A stretch of DNA of 59,442 nucleotides from Minisyncoccota bacterium (GTDB lineage: Bacteria; Patescibacteriota; Minisyncoccia; Phycocordibacterales; UBA9973), in NCBI GenBank assembly GCA_041658325.1, contig JBBAAI010000001.1, positions 93,427 to 152,868 of the forward strand, written 5' to 3'. Shown one piece after another: positions 18,501 through 27,663 of this stretch. A program made the translations under genes and the position numbers. Position 1 is the first letter of the stretch, and each line of letters starts with the position of its first letter. The notes below the pieces were generated by a model. That model made no database searches, was not told where the DNA came from, and was given only the letters and a program-made list of their open reading frames with translations.

Positions 18501-19556
18501 ATGATCGACATAACTAAACATCCAGAATACGATAACCACGAGCTTGTTTCTTTCTTTTTCGACAAAAAAACAGGACTCCGAGGAATCATAGCAATACACT
18601 CAACCATACTTGGACCTGCTGTAGGCGGTACTAGATATTTCAACTATAAAACAGAGAGCGAAGCGCTAGATGATGTTTTGCGTCTTTCACGCGGAATGAC
18701 TTATAAGTGCGCTATCTCAAAAGCACATTTTGGTGGTGGAAAGGCAGTCATTATTGCTGATCCAAAAAAGAAAAAAACAAAAGAATATTTAAAAGCTTAT
18801 GCAAAACAAGTCAACAGACTAAATGGATTATTCTTTACTGGAGAAGATGTTGGTATGTCTATGAACGACATCAAGGTTTTAATAAAAGAATCTCCTTTTA
18901 TTATTGGAAATCCTAAAAAAGCAGGTGATCCTTCACCGTGGGCTGCCCTTGGCGTATTTTATGCAATAGAACAAAGTTTAGAAATTATTGATAAAAAAAG
19001 AGGGCTCGCTGGTTATACTGTGGCTATTAAGGGTCTCGGTAAGGTAGGGATGGAACTTGCTCGTTTACTTTATAAACAAGGAGTTATTTTAATCGGTGCG
19101 GACGTAGATATCCTTCGCAATAAAGAATTTTTACACCGTTTTCCGGGAAGTAAAATCGTTCCTGTTTCAGAAATTCATAAACAAAAAGTAGATGTTTATT
19201 CTCCTTGCGCACTTGGGAAAGAATTTAATAAAAAAACAATCAATCAGCTTAAGTGCCGTGTCGTCTGTGGCTCAGCAAATAACCAATTAGTTGACCCTAA
19301 GGATGGATTGCTGTTGTATAAACGTAACATTATATATATTACGGATTATTTAGCGAACGCCGGAGGCCTCATCAATGTCATTGCTGACCTAAATCAAAAA
19401 AAATATAGTAAAAAAACAATTCAGAAAAATGTTTTTAAAATAAAAGCTACCGTTAAGGAAATTATTGCGCTTTCCAGAAAAAACAAACAACCTACCAATA
19501 TCATCACTGATCTCGTTGCCGAACAATTTATTCTTAAAAATAAAAAAAATAATTAA
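18501..19556 (+). CDS. Glu/Leu/Phe/Val dehydrogenase family protein (leucine/phenylalanine dehydrogenase-like)
   Basis: GPAVGGTRYFNY...LRLSRGMTYKCAISKAHFGGGKAVIIADP. Rossmann motif VAIKGLGKVGMELA. Confidence 0.85.
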   Translation: MIDITKHPEYDNHELVSFFFDKKTGLRGIIAIHSTILGPAVGGTRYFNYKTESEALDDVLRLSRGMTYKCAISKAHFGGGKAVIIADPKKKKTKEYLKAYAKQVNRLNGLFFTGEDVGMSMNDIKVLIKESPFIIGNPKKAGDPSPWAALGVFYAIEQSLEIIDKKRGLAGYTVAIKGLGKVGMELARLLYKQGVILIGADVDILRNKEFLHRFPGSKIVPVSEIHKQKVDVYSPCALGKEFNKKTINQLKCRVVCGSANNQLVDPKDGLLLYKRNIIYITDYLANAGGLINVIADLNQKKYSKKTIQKNVFKIKATVKEIIALSRKNKQPTNIITDLVAEQFILKNKKNN

Positions 19557-19565
19557 AAAAATTAT

Positions 19566-20642
19566 ATGCCTCTTCCTCAAAAATCTTCTCAAAATAATTT
19601 CACCCCGGTTTTTTTAGAAGACGAGAAAGAAATACAAACGTTATTACTAAAAAACCCACATATTGTTTTAATAGATGCCTTTTCACATCAATTAAAAGAA
19701 CTTTTTGTTATTGAAAATCCAATTTATGCTGGTGAAAGAAAAATAGAAGGCTTTCAAACAGAAAAATTTAAAGAATTTTGTGACCAACATAAAAATAATT
19801 TTACTCATGTATATTATTCGTGGAATCATTCGATTGTAAAAACAGTAAAAAAAGAGGCGTATTTAAAATTAAAAACAAACCGCAATCAGGATTTGATTAC
19901 TGCCGCCGAACAAGAAAAATTATCGCAATGTCGTGTTGGTGTTTTTGGTATGAGCGTCGGAAGTAATATTGCTCTTGTATTAACACAGGCAGGCATTTCA
20001 AATGACATTATCATTGCTGATTTTGACGAACTTGATACAACTAATTTAAATAGAATTATTGCGGGAAGCCATCAAATAGGCTTAAATAAATGCATTATTT
20101 CTGCTAGACATATTTATGAAGATAATCCATTTGCTAACGTTACAGCATGGCAAGATGGTATTAATGAATCTAATCTAGAAGAAGCTCTTAAGTTAAAAAA
20201 AATTGATATTATTGTGGAAGAAGTTGATAACTTAGCAATAAAAATAAAGACTAGAGAACTTGCACAAAAATATAAAATACCCGTAGTGATGATTACAGAC
20301 AATGGAGATGGGGCAATGCTTCATATTGAACGTTATGATTTGGGATACAATAAAATCTTCAATAAATCATTTGAATATTGGAGGGAATTGTTCCAAACAA
20401 AACCAAGCATGGAAGATATCGGTAAAGTTATCATCGGTGATGTGTTGGGTGGTCCGCAAAATGTCTCTCCGAGGGTTTTTGCATCAGTTGAGCGCATAAT
20501 GAAACACGAGCTTGTTTCGTGGGCACAGCTTGGAAGTGCGGCTGTTTTGGGGGGTGTTGTTACAACAATCGCGATTAAAAATATTGTTTCTGGAAAAGAC
20601 ACTGCCCCCTATGTAGAGAAAAATATTCAGATTGAATTTTAG
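19566..20642 (+). CDS. ThiF/E1-like protein of the Rv1355c type
   Basis: RVGVFGMSVGSNIALVLTQAGISNDIIIADFDELDTTNLNRI. This is the degenerate G-x-S-V-G nucleotide loop plus the DxD..SNLNR-like motif that I recall for Rv1355c-family E1-like proteins. Confidence 0.65.
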   Translation: MPLPQKSSQNNFTPVFLEDEKEIQTLLLKNPHIVLIDAFSHQLKELFVIENPIYAGERKIEGFQTEKFKEFCDQHKNNFTHVYYSWNHSIVKTVKKEAYLKLKTNRNQDLITAAEQEKLSQCRVGVFGMSVGSNIALVLTQAGISNDIIIADFDELDTTNLNRIIAGSHQIGLNKCIISARHIYEDNPFANVTAWQDGINESNLEEALKLKKIDIIVEEVDNLAIKIKTRELAQKYKIPVVMITDNGDGAMLHIERYDLGYNKIFNKSFEYWRELFQTKPSMEDIGKVIIGDVLGGPQNVSPRVFASVERIMKHELVSWAQLGSAAVLGGVVTTIAIKNIVSGKDTAPYVEKNIQIEF

Positions 20643-20665
20643 TTTATTTTGAAATAAACATTACT

Positions 20666-22153
20666 ATGAAAAAACAAGACATTCTAAAAAAAATATCAAC
20701 AGCAAGTGAAGCATACTGGGAACAACTCCTAAAAAAAGAAAAACTTCTTGTTTTTAAAGAAACATATGAAAAAGTACCAGCGTATCGAAAATTTTTAAAA
20801 ACACAAAAATATGATAAAAAAGTAAAAAAAGAGACTGATTTTGCAAAATTGCCCATAATGACTAAGGCAAATTATTTAAGAAAATACCCACTCCATGAAT
20901 TAGTAATGGGCGGTTCACTCGCCAAACCACTAATACTTACTTCAACCTCAGGCTCAACTGGAACATCTTTTTATTTCCCTCGCACAGAATTAATTGACAA
21001 TGAATATTCTTATATTCTTGAACGATTTTTAGCAGAAGGTGGTCCGCAAAAAAATGAACCGACACTTATATTGATTTGTTTTGGTATGGGAGTTTGGATT
21101 GGTGGAGTTATTACTTATCAAGCGTTTGAAACGGCAAGTCGTCGCAGTAATCTTCCTGTATCTATTCTTACTCCCGGAATTAATAAAGCTGAAATCATTA
21201 AAGCACTTAAGTCTATTGCACCAAATTATACCAACATAATCCTAGTTGGATATCCCCCGTTTATAAAAGACATTGTCGACGAGGCGATAGCGGAAAAAAT
21301 TAATTTTTCAAAATATAATACCCGATTTATTTTCGCTGCTGAGGTTTTCACTGAAGGATTTCGTGATTATCTTTGTAAAAAAACTTATGTAAAAAACATG
21401 TATCGAGACACATTGGCAATCTATGGAAGCGCTGATATCGGGGCAATGGCTTGGGAAACTGGAATACTTATACTTTTAAAACGTCTCTTGCAAAAAAAAG
21501 AAGGCCGAATGGAAAAATTCTTTGGCACAAAACACGCAATGCCAACAATAGGGTATTTTAATCCGGCTTGGCTCCAGTTTGAGAGCGAGAATGGTGAAGT
21601 TCTAATCAGCGGAAGAAACGCTATTCCTTTTGTGCGCTATGGCATAGGAGATCATGGTGGCACTTTTACCTTTTCTGACATGAAAAAACGTCTCGCCATA
21701 CTTAATATTGATTTTGATTCTGAAATAAAAAAGACTGGCTTGAATGATGCTGTATTAAAATTGCCGTGTGTTTATGTATATGAGCGAAATGATCTCTCAA
21801 CCACTCTTTATGGACTTCAAATTTATCCCGAAATCATTCGTGAAGCACTCCTTCATGTTGCCCTCCACCCATATATCACAGGGAAATTCAGCATGATAAC
21901 TAAATTTGATAAAAAACAAGATCAATATTTAGAAATAGTAATAGAAACAAAAAAAGAAATAAAAAAAATACCAAATCAAAAAAAGAAACAAGCTCTCAAG
22001 AGCATCATTGAAAATCTACATAAAAAAAGTTCTGAATTTAGTGAGCTTGAAAAACATTTAGGCAAACGAGCACATCCTAAACTTGTTTTTGTAACACACG
22101 AGCATCAAGATTATTTTAAGCCTGGAATAAAACAAAAATGGGTGAGAAAATAA
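20666..22153 (+). CDS. Adenylate-forming enzyme, PaaK / coenzyme F390 synthetase-like
   Basis: TSTSGSTGTSFYFPR (AMP-binding P-loop-like motif), GYPPF, YGSADIG. Length and layout resemble phenylacetate-CoA ligase-like proteins. Confidence 0.65.
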   Translation: MKKQDILKKISTASEAYWEQLLKKEKLLVFKETYEKVPAYRKFLKTQKYDKKVKKETDFAKLPIMTKANYLRKYPLHELVMGGSLAKPLILTSTSGSTGTSFYFPRTELIDNEYSYILERFLAEGGPQKNEPTLILICFGMGVWIGGVITYQAFETASRRSNLPVSILTPGINKAEIIKALKSIAPNYTNIILVGYPPFIKDIVDEAIAEKINFSKYNTRFIFAAEVFTEGFRDYLCKKTYVKNMYRDTLAIYGSADIGAMAWETGILILLKRLLQKKEGRMEKFFGTKHAMPTIGYFNPAWLQFESENGEVLISGRNAIPFVRYGIGDHGGTFTFSDMKKRLAILNIDFDSEIKKTGLNDAVLKLPCVYVYERNDLSTTLYGLQIYPEIIREALLHVALHPYITGKFSMITKFDKKQDQYLEIVIETKKEIKKIPNQKKKQALKSIIENLHKKSSEFSELEKHLGKRAHPKLVFVTHEHQDYFKPGIKQKWVRK

Positions 22154-22195
22154 AGTACTCATGTTATAATGCCTATGTTATTTTAATTTCAACTT

Positions 22196-23236
22196 ATGAA
22201 AGAAAATTATAAAGCCTGGGCAATAGATTTTGACGAATTTTTTAAGAAAACTACCGATACTGAAAGAACACGTTTTTTTCTTTCTTTTGTTTTACTTGCC
22301 CCGTCAGGGCACAATAGTCAGCCTTGGAAATTTAAAATAAAAGATAATATCGCAGATATTTTTTTTGAAAAGGAAAGACTAGTTACTGCAAGTGACGAAG
22401 AAGGAAGACAAACGTTCGTTGCTCTTGGTTGTCTAATTACTAACTTTTCGGAAACAGTAAAGGCTTATGGATATACGCCCATAATCAAATATAACAAGGA
22501 CTTATCAATTACAAACACATCATCTTTGGTGCAGCTTTCTTTTATAAAAGAAAGCAAAAATATTCAGCCCAATCTTGTTGTTTTAAAATCGATGACAGAT
22601 AGACACACTGATAGAAATAAATATAATCAAAAAGAATTTCCTGATCAATTGTTAAAATATATTTCACAATTATCAGATGATTCTTTCCTCGTCTCGACAG
22701 TTTCTGACACAATTAAAAGGAAAATTCTTGCCTCGTATGCAGTTGACGCGCAAATAGATATTATGGAAAAATTTTCGTTTAGGAATGAATTATCTCATTT
22801 TATAAAAAACACCCTTTCCTCTTCAAAATACGGGATGACCGGCAATACGCTCTGCTTGCCTTTATTTGTTTCATTTTTTGCTTCAAAACTTATCTCTAAA
22901 ATAAATTTATCAAAAATAACTAAAAAGAAAGATTTTTCTTTGCTTTATAAATCTACTCCTTCCTTTTTGTTTATTTCTTCAAAAGAAGATACTCCTCTTG
23001 CTTGGATTAAATCTGGAGAATTACTCGAGAATATATGGCTAGAATCAACCAAGCATTTAATCAGCTGTCATCCTCTTGCCGCAATAATACAAAATAAATC
23101 TTTTAGACAAAAACTTTCGGAAGAATTGAAAACTGATTTTTATCCAAATATTTTTATCAGGATTGGTTATTCGAAAGCTAATTTTTTTAAAATACCATCG
23201 AGCCCGAGATTTTTAGTATCAGATTTGATAATATAA
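22196..23236 (+). CDS. Nitroreductase-superfamily protein, Acg-like (double-length)
   Basis: LLAPSGHNSQPWKFKI near the N-terminus. At 346 aa it is compatible with tandem nitroreductase-fold proteins. Confidence 0.6.
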   Translation: MKENYKAWAIDFDEFFKKTTDTERTRFFLSFVLLAPSGHNSQPWKFKIKDNIADIFFEKERLVTASDEEGRQTFVALGCLITNFSETVKAYGYTPIIKYNKDLSITNTSSLVQLSFIKESKNIQPNLVVLKSMTDRHTDRNKYNQKEFPDQLLKYISQLSDDSFLVSTVSDTIKRKILASYAVDAQIDIMEKFSFRNELSHFIKNTLSSSKYGMTGNTLCLPLFVSFFASKLISKINLSKITKKKDFSLLYKSTPSFLFISSKEDTPLAWIKSGELLENIWLESTKHLISCHPLAAIIQNKSFRQKLSEELKTDFYPNIFIRIGYSKANFFKIPSSPRFLVSDLII

Positions 23237-23240
23237 TTAT

Positions 23241-24839
23241 ATGGAAATAAACATAGAAGTTTTACTTATAGGGATTACAATTTTTTCAAATTTATTTTTA
23301 GGATTTTTAACATTACTGTCTTCAAGGCGAAACCCGACCAACATCTTTTTTTTCCTCCTAACTTTTGTTTTAAATATTTGGATTGTAATAAACTATCTTT
23401 CATATCAATATCTAAATCCCGATAAGGCGTTTCTTCTAGCAAAACTAGTGCTGTTTTTTGCCATTCTTATTGGATATTTTTTCTATTTATTTATTGATAC
23501 ATTTATAAAAAACAGGTTTAGCTTTCGATCAACTACTATTGCCCTAACGGCGCTAGCGATCATCAATCTTTTTTTAACACTAAATTCAAAGTTTTTTTCT
23601 GGTATGTTGATAATTAATGACTCTTTTAAACCCGTTGTTGAGCCGTGGATAATTTCATTTTCCATACTTCCTGTCGGCGTAATATTATATAGTATTTTAA
23701 AACTCGCAAGAAAAACAATACAATCGGAGTCTCTTGATAGAAATCGATTAATTGATGTTTTGGTTGGAAGTGGAATTATGTTTTTATTTATTATTTTATT
23801 TGACTTTGTGCTTCCATCTTTCTTTTCAAATACAATTTTTATTCCCATGGGAACTCTTTTTACTATTCCCTTCACTGCATTTACTGCTTTCGCCATTATT
23901 AAATATAAACTTTTTAACATTAAGGTCATTGCCACTGAATTAATCATTTTTTCACTTTGGATTTTTCTTTTAATACGAACTCTTACTTCATCATCGCCAG
24001 AAGATCAAATTATTGATGGTGGACTTTTAATAACTACAATTATTATAGGGGTTTTACTTATTAGAAGTGTTATGAAAGAAGTAAAACAACGAGAGAAGCT
24101 CGAGATCTTAACTGGAGAACTAGAAGATGCAAACGACAATTTAGAAAATCTAATCAAACAACGAGAGAGCTTGGTGCACCTCATTACCCACAAGGTGAAG
24201 GGTTCATTTACTCGCACCAAGGTTCTTTTTGCCAGTATGCTGGACGGCACTTTCGGAGAGATATCTCCAGAAATTAAAAAACGGGCAGCACAGGGGTTAG
24301 AATTTGATAATGGCGGTATTCAGACAGTTGATTTAGTTTTGAACGTTGCCAATATGCAAAACGGCCTCATCAAATATGATCTGAAAAATCTTGATTTTAA
24401 GGAATTAGTTGAACAATCAATTTCTGAAAAAAGAATTCCGGCAGAAGCAAAAGGATTGAAATTAGAAATAGAACTTGAGGATGGTGTTTATAATGTCCTC
24501 GGCGATTCTATTTGGCTCAAAGAAGCAGTAAATAATTTAATTGATAATTCTATACATTACACGAAGGAAGGAAAAATTGTTGTGGAACTTAAAAAGAAAG
24601 ATAATCATATTTTATTGTCCATCAAAGATACTGGCATAGGTATAACCGACGAAGATAAACAAAATTTATTTAAAGAAGGTGGCCGAGGTAAAGATTCTGT
24701 TAAAGTAAACGTAGATAGTACTGGCTACGGTCTCTTCACTGTGAAACTAATCGTAGAAGCGCACAAAGGCCGTGCCTGGGTAGAATCCGAAGGCGAAAAC
24801 AAAGGCTCACAATTCTTTGTAGAATTGCCTGTGATATAA
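23241..24839 (+). CDS. Sensor histidine kinase with a polytopic (about 7-TM) N-terminal domain
   Basis: Multiple TM helices, then a coiled coil. H-box LITHKVKGSF, N-box NLIDNSIHYT, G-boxes DTGIGI and GYGLFTVKLIVEAHKG. No response regulator is adjacent. Confidence 0.8.
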   Translation: MEINIEVLLIGITIFSNLFLGFLTLLSSRRNPTNIFFFLLTFVLNIWIVINYLSYQYLNPDKAFLLAKLVLFFAILIGYFFYLFIDTFIKNRFSFRSTTIALTALAIINLFLTLNSKFFSGMLIINDSFKPVVEPWIISFSILPVGVILYSILKLARKTIQSESLDRNRLIDVLVGSGIMFLFIILFDFVLPSFFSNTIFIPMGTLFTIPFTAFTAFAIIKYKLFNIKVIATELIIFSLWIFLLIRTLTSSSPEDQIIDGGLLITTIIIGVLLIRSVMKEVKQREKLEILTGELEDANDNLENLIKQRESLVHLITHKVKGSFTRTKVLFASMLDGTFGEISPEIKKRAAQGLEFDNGGIQTVDLVLNVANMQNGLIKYDLKNLDFKELVEQSISEKRIPAEAKGLKLEIELEDGVYNVLGDSIWLKEAVNNLIDNSIHYTKEGKIVVELKKKDNHILLSIKDTGIGITDEDKQNLFKEGGRGKDSVKVNVDSTGYGLFTVKLIVEAHKGRAWVESEGENKGSQFFVELPVI

Positions 24840-24943
24840 AACACGGGTATTGATTTACTTTATTTAACTCTAAAAATTTTCAAAGCTGACAAAATACAAA
24901 AACAGAATATATCAAAATATAAAATTCATGATAAACTATAATT

Positions 24944-25528
24944 ATGAAAAATGAAATTGAAGCAACGTTTCTTTCAGTGAATAAAGATTCTGTGCGAACA
25001 AAGTTAAAAGAAGCTGGTTTTGAGTTAAAAACACCTGAATACATGATGAGGAGAAAAACGTTTGATTTTTCTCCTATCGCACCTGGACGCAGTAAATGGG
25101 GTCGCGTACGACAAGAATCGGACAAAATAACAATGACTGTTAAAGAAGTTCGTGGTTTAGGTATTAATGATACTTATGAAACTGAAATCGTAGTAAATGA
25201 TTTTGATGCAGCATCTGCTCTTTTTGAAGCTTGTGGTTTTCCCGCAAAAGCATTTCAAGAAAATATGCGCGAGGTGTGGACACGGGAAGAAGTTGAAGTA
25301 ACTATCGACACGTGGCCTAGCTTAAAACCGTTTGTTGAAATTGAGGGAGAAAATGAAGATATCGTAAAAAAAGTGTCTGAAGAACTCGGTTTTGATTTCG
25401 ATAAAGCAGTTTTTGGAAGTATCGATCTCGTATATGAAAAAGAACTTGGTGTTTCTGCAAAAACAATTATTAATTTGCCAGAAATAACATTTACAAATCC
25501 ACCAAAAAAAAACGTCACGGAAGCTTGA
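24944..25528 (+). CDS. CYTH-domain protein (triphosphate tunnel metalloenzyme family), divergent
   Basis: N-terminal EIEATF (ExExT rather than ExExK). Alternating beta-strand pattern and length are typical of CYTH/CyaB-like proteins. Confidence 0.55.
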   Translation: MKNEIEATFLSVNKDSVRTKLKEAGFELKTPEYMMRRKTFDFSPIAPGRSKWGRVRQESDKITMTVKEVRGLGINDTYETEIVVNDFDAASALFEACGFPAKAFQENMREVWTREEVEVTIDTWPSLKPFVEIEGENEDIVKKVSEELGFDFDKAVFGSIDLVYEKELGVSAKTIINLPEITFTNPPKKNVTEA

Positions 25529-25547
25529 AAGCTATCAACGTGACGTT
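25511..25547. terminator. Hairpin aacgtcacg...cgtgacgtt between the convergent CYTH gene and the radical-SAM gene
   Basis: 9-bp perfect stem with a 19-nt loop. It spans the TGA of the CYTH gene and ends 3 nt before the stop of the radical-SAM gene. Confidence 0.45.
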
Positions 25548-25550
25548 AGA

Positions 25551-26561
25551 TTACTTCATGATAAGAAGTGTTGGACGAATCTTCGGGTAAAGATACTCAC
25601 CCGGTTCTTCCATACACCATCCCTCTGTCGCACCGGGCACCCTGCAGTTGAAATTGCAGTACGGTGTCACAGTAAGACGCAGCGGGGTTTTAGCGAGAAG
25701 CTTCTCAATATTAGCTTCTCCAATTACTTCTTTGAGCTTCTGTTTCAGCTCCTTCGGCCGACCGAAGTACTCCGAGACATGGAACCCAATGTCTCTGCGC
25801 ATGTAGCAGAAATACAAATGAAGCCGCGGATCAACTCGCACATAGTCACCGAACGCCTCTTTGCAAACATGCTTGAAAGAACACGAAGCGCAAGGCTGGT
25901 TACCACGGTAGAGCTTATCACCAAGCTTCACCTCGACCGATCCGCCTCCCAGGAGGTGAAACTTTAGACGGCCACGACCGAGATTCTTCCGCACGCGCTC
26001 AATCTTGAGTGTGTGCGGAAGTACTGCATCACGTACAGGCTGGTGCCAGTCCTGATAATATGCCGTGCGTGTGGCAACACTTTTGGGCGTCCACAATAGT
26101 GTAAACAATTTGAGCCGACTATTGTAGCGCTCGATGAATGCCAACTGTTCAGGCAAATCATCTGTAAATCCCCGCATGAGTACGCGGTTGAAAGCCACCT
26201 TAATGCCTAACTCCAATGCAAGTGTTACACCACGAAGGAAACGATCGTAATCTCCAAAACCACCAGAGATCTCGCGGAACATAAGTGGGTTTGTTGAGTG
26301 CCAACTGGTTCGAATGAGAGAGAGACCAGCACGATCTAGATTCCCAGCGAAGATGTCTAGCAATTGTCCGTTCGTGGTCATAGAAACCTTGAAGTCACGA
26401 ATGGTCAGTGCACTAACGACGTCATGAATGCGGTAAGGTCCATCGTTCCAAAGAAGTGGTTCAAGCGCACCAATTTCTGCCTCTAGCGCACCACCCATGT
26501 CACGCCAGACATCAGCCATGGCAATGATATGCGCATAAGAGAGTGGTTTGAGGTTGTTCAT
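25551..26561 (-). CDS. MoaA-like radical-SAM-fold protein, apparently circularly permuted (cluster motif at the C-terminus)
   Basis: The N-terminus aligns to MoaA after its Cys motif (GALEPLLW ~ GGEPLLR, SMTTNGQLL ~ TTNG, AGLSLIRTS, GIKVAFNRVLMRG). An auxiliary-cluster-like PCASC...RVDPRLHLYFC is present. The last 45 aa read PLRLTVTPYCNFNCRVPGATEGWCMEEPGEY, compared with MoaA [18 protein letters not shown]. Confidence 0.65.
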   Translation of the reverse strand: MNNLKPLSYAHIIAMADVWRDMGGALEAEIGALEPLLWNDGPYRIHDVVSALTIRDFKVSMTTNGQLLDIFAGNLDRAGLSLIRTSWHSTNPLMFREISGGFGDYDRFLRGVTLALELGIKVAFNRVLMRGFTDDLPEQLAFIERYNSRLKLFTLLWTPKSVATRTAYYQDWHQPVRDAVLPHTLKIERVRKNLGRGRLKFHLLGGGSVEVKLGDKLYRGNQPCASCSFKHVCKEAFGDYVRVDPRLHLYFCYMRRDIGFHVSEYFGRPKELKQKLKEVIGEANIEKLLAKTPLRLTVTPYCNFNCRVPGATEGWCMEEPGEYLYPKIRPTLLIMK

Positions 26562-27124
26562 ACCCCCCCCTTTCCTTCTACAATGTTTCTGACGGTGGCA
26601 ACAACCTCTTCAACAGTAACATCACTCGTGTCGACGGAGATAAGACCAAGAGTCCGAAAAACTTCGTTGACCTGATCGAGAAACGCACCATTGCGCTCCA
26701 AGGTTGCGTCACTTGTGATCGTTGCACGTTTTGCCATGCGATCCTTGCGCACATCCGAACGTGCTTCGAGTAAGAACGCGAAGTGCGGAATCAGTAGCGT
26801 CGACTCTTCGTGAATCTCGCGGATGCGCGGGTCCATTGCGAAGTGGTAAGCCGCCGTGGATGCGATATACCGATCGCATATCACCGAAGTGGTCTGTAAT
26901 AGTTGGGATATCTGTGCTGAGTCATGTTGCGAGGCTAATCGGTAGAAGCAGTAGCGTTCGAGCGGTGTAGCGTGTAGGTCAACTTCACTTCGTAACTGCG
27001 CGAACATGCCAGAGGGCGACTTGTGATAGTGATATCCGCAGTCGGTGGCAAATAATTTTGCCACCGTTGTCTTTCCCACGCCATCGACCCCATCGATACT
27101 AATAAAAACGTGTTTTGATTTCAT
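26558..27124 (-). CDS. Thymidylate-kinase-family nucleotide kinase
   Basis: P-loop FISIDGVDGVGKTT and DRYIASTAAYH (the DRY..S..AY motif of dTMP kinase-like enzymes). The start was placed at ATG 27124, preceded by AAGGAGG. The stop overlaps the radical-SAM ATG (ATGA). Confidence 0.7.
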   Translation of the reverse strand: MKSKHVFISIDGVDGVGKTTVAKLFATDCGYHYHKSPSGMFAQLRSEVDLHATPLERYCFYRLASQHDSAQISQLLQTTSVICDRYIASTAAYHFAMDPRIREIHEESTLLIPHFAFLLEARSDVRKDRMAKRATITSDATLERNGAFLDQVNEVFRTLGLISVDTSDVTVEEVVATVRNIVEGKGGV

Positions 27125-27135
27125 TTCAACCTCCT

Positions 27136-27618
27136 TCAAGTTACCGAAACGACATTAAACCTTTTTGTTGTCTCTTGGATTTTGACTTCCACTTCGTCGC
27201 CTGCAACAGTGCCGATAAACGCACGGGCCATAGGCGCACCAATGCTAAGAGTGCTGATTTTTTCTCCATCCACTTCGTAGGTATCTCCACCACCTACTGG
27301 TAGCAAGAAATACTTTGACCTTACTCCATCATCAAGGTTTTCAACCTCGACGATGGCACAACTAGAACCCTTGGTGGTGGTTGGCAGATGATCCATGAAG
27401 CGCTTAAGTGCACCCAATGCTTGCCGGGTTTCAAAAAGTGATTGTTCTATCGCTTCAGCACGTCGGCTCATCTGCCATTTTGTTGTGTCGCTGTGCGATT
27501 GCATAGCCCCAGGAGCTTCTATCGCCGCCTGCTTGGTTGTTTCAAGACTCTGTTTAGTGCTTTTTTCCCTTTGCGTGAGCATTTCAACAACAAGCTGTAA
27601 GAGCTTTTGTTTGTTCAT
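27136..27618 (-). CDS. GreA/GreB/Rnk-like protein (coiled-coil N-terminus plus Gre-factor C-terminal domain)
   Basis: The C-terminal STLSIGAPMARAFIGTVAGDEVEVK matches the S..AP.G.AL.G...GD signature of Gre/Rnk C-domains. The N-terminal ~80 aa are helical but lack the canonical acidic DxxEN tip. AGGAGG lies 5 nt upstream of the ATG. Confidence 0.6.
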   Translation of the reverse strand: MNKQKLLQLVVEMLTQREKSTKQSLETTKQAAIEAPGAMQSHSDTTKWQMSRRAEAIEQSLFETRQALGALKRFMDHLPTTTKGSSCAIVEVENLDDGVRSKYFLLPVGGGDTYEVDGEKISTLSIGAPMARAFIGTVAGDEVEVKIQETTKRFNVVSVT

Positions 27619-27663
27619 TTTTTCCTCCTATTCAATTGTGAAAGGGCCTGTTTTCCGCTATTT

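Noticed and set aside
25546-25558. A possible 13-bp direct repeat flanking the GC-rich operon, suggestive of att sites: TTAGATTACTTCA at 25546, versus TTAAATTACTTTA at 27667.
   Set aside because: It is only an 11/13 match in AT-rich DNA. The left copy overlaps the radical-SAM stop codon and its last C-terminal codons, and the right copy overlaps the operon's -10 box. No integrase is nearby, so chance similarity is the simpler explanation.
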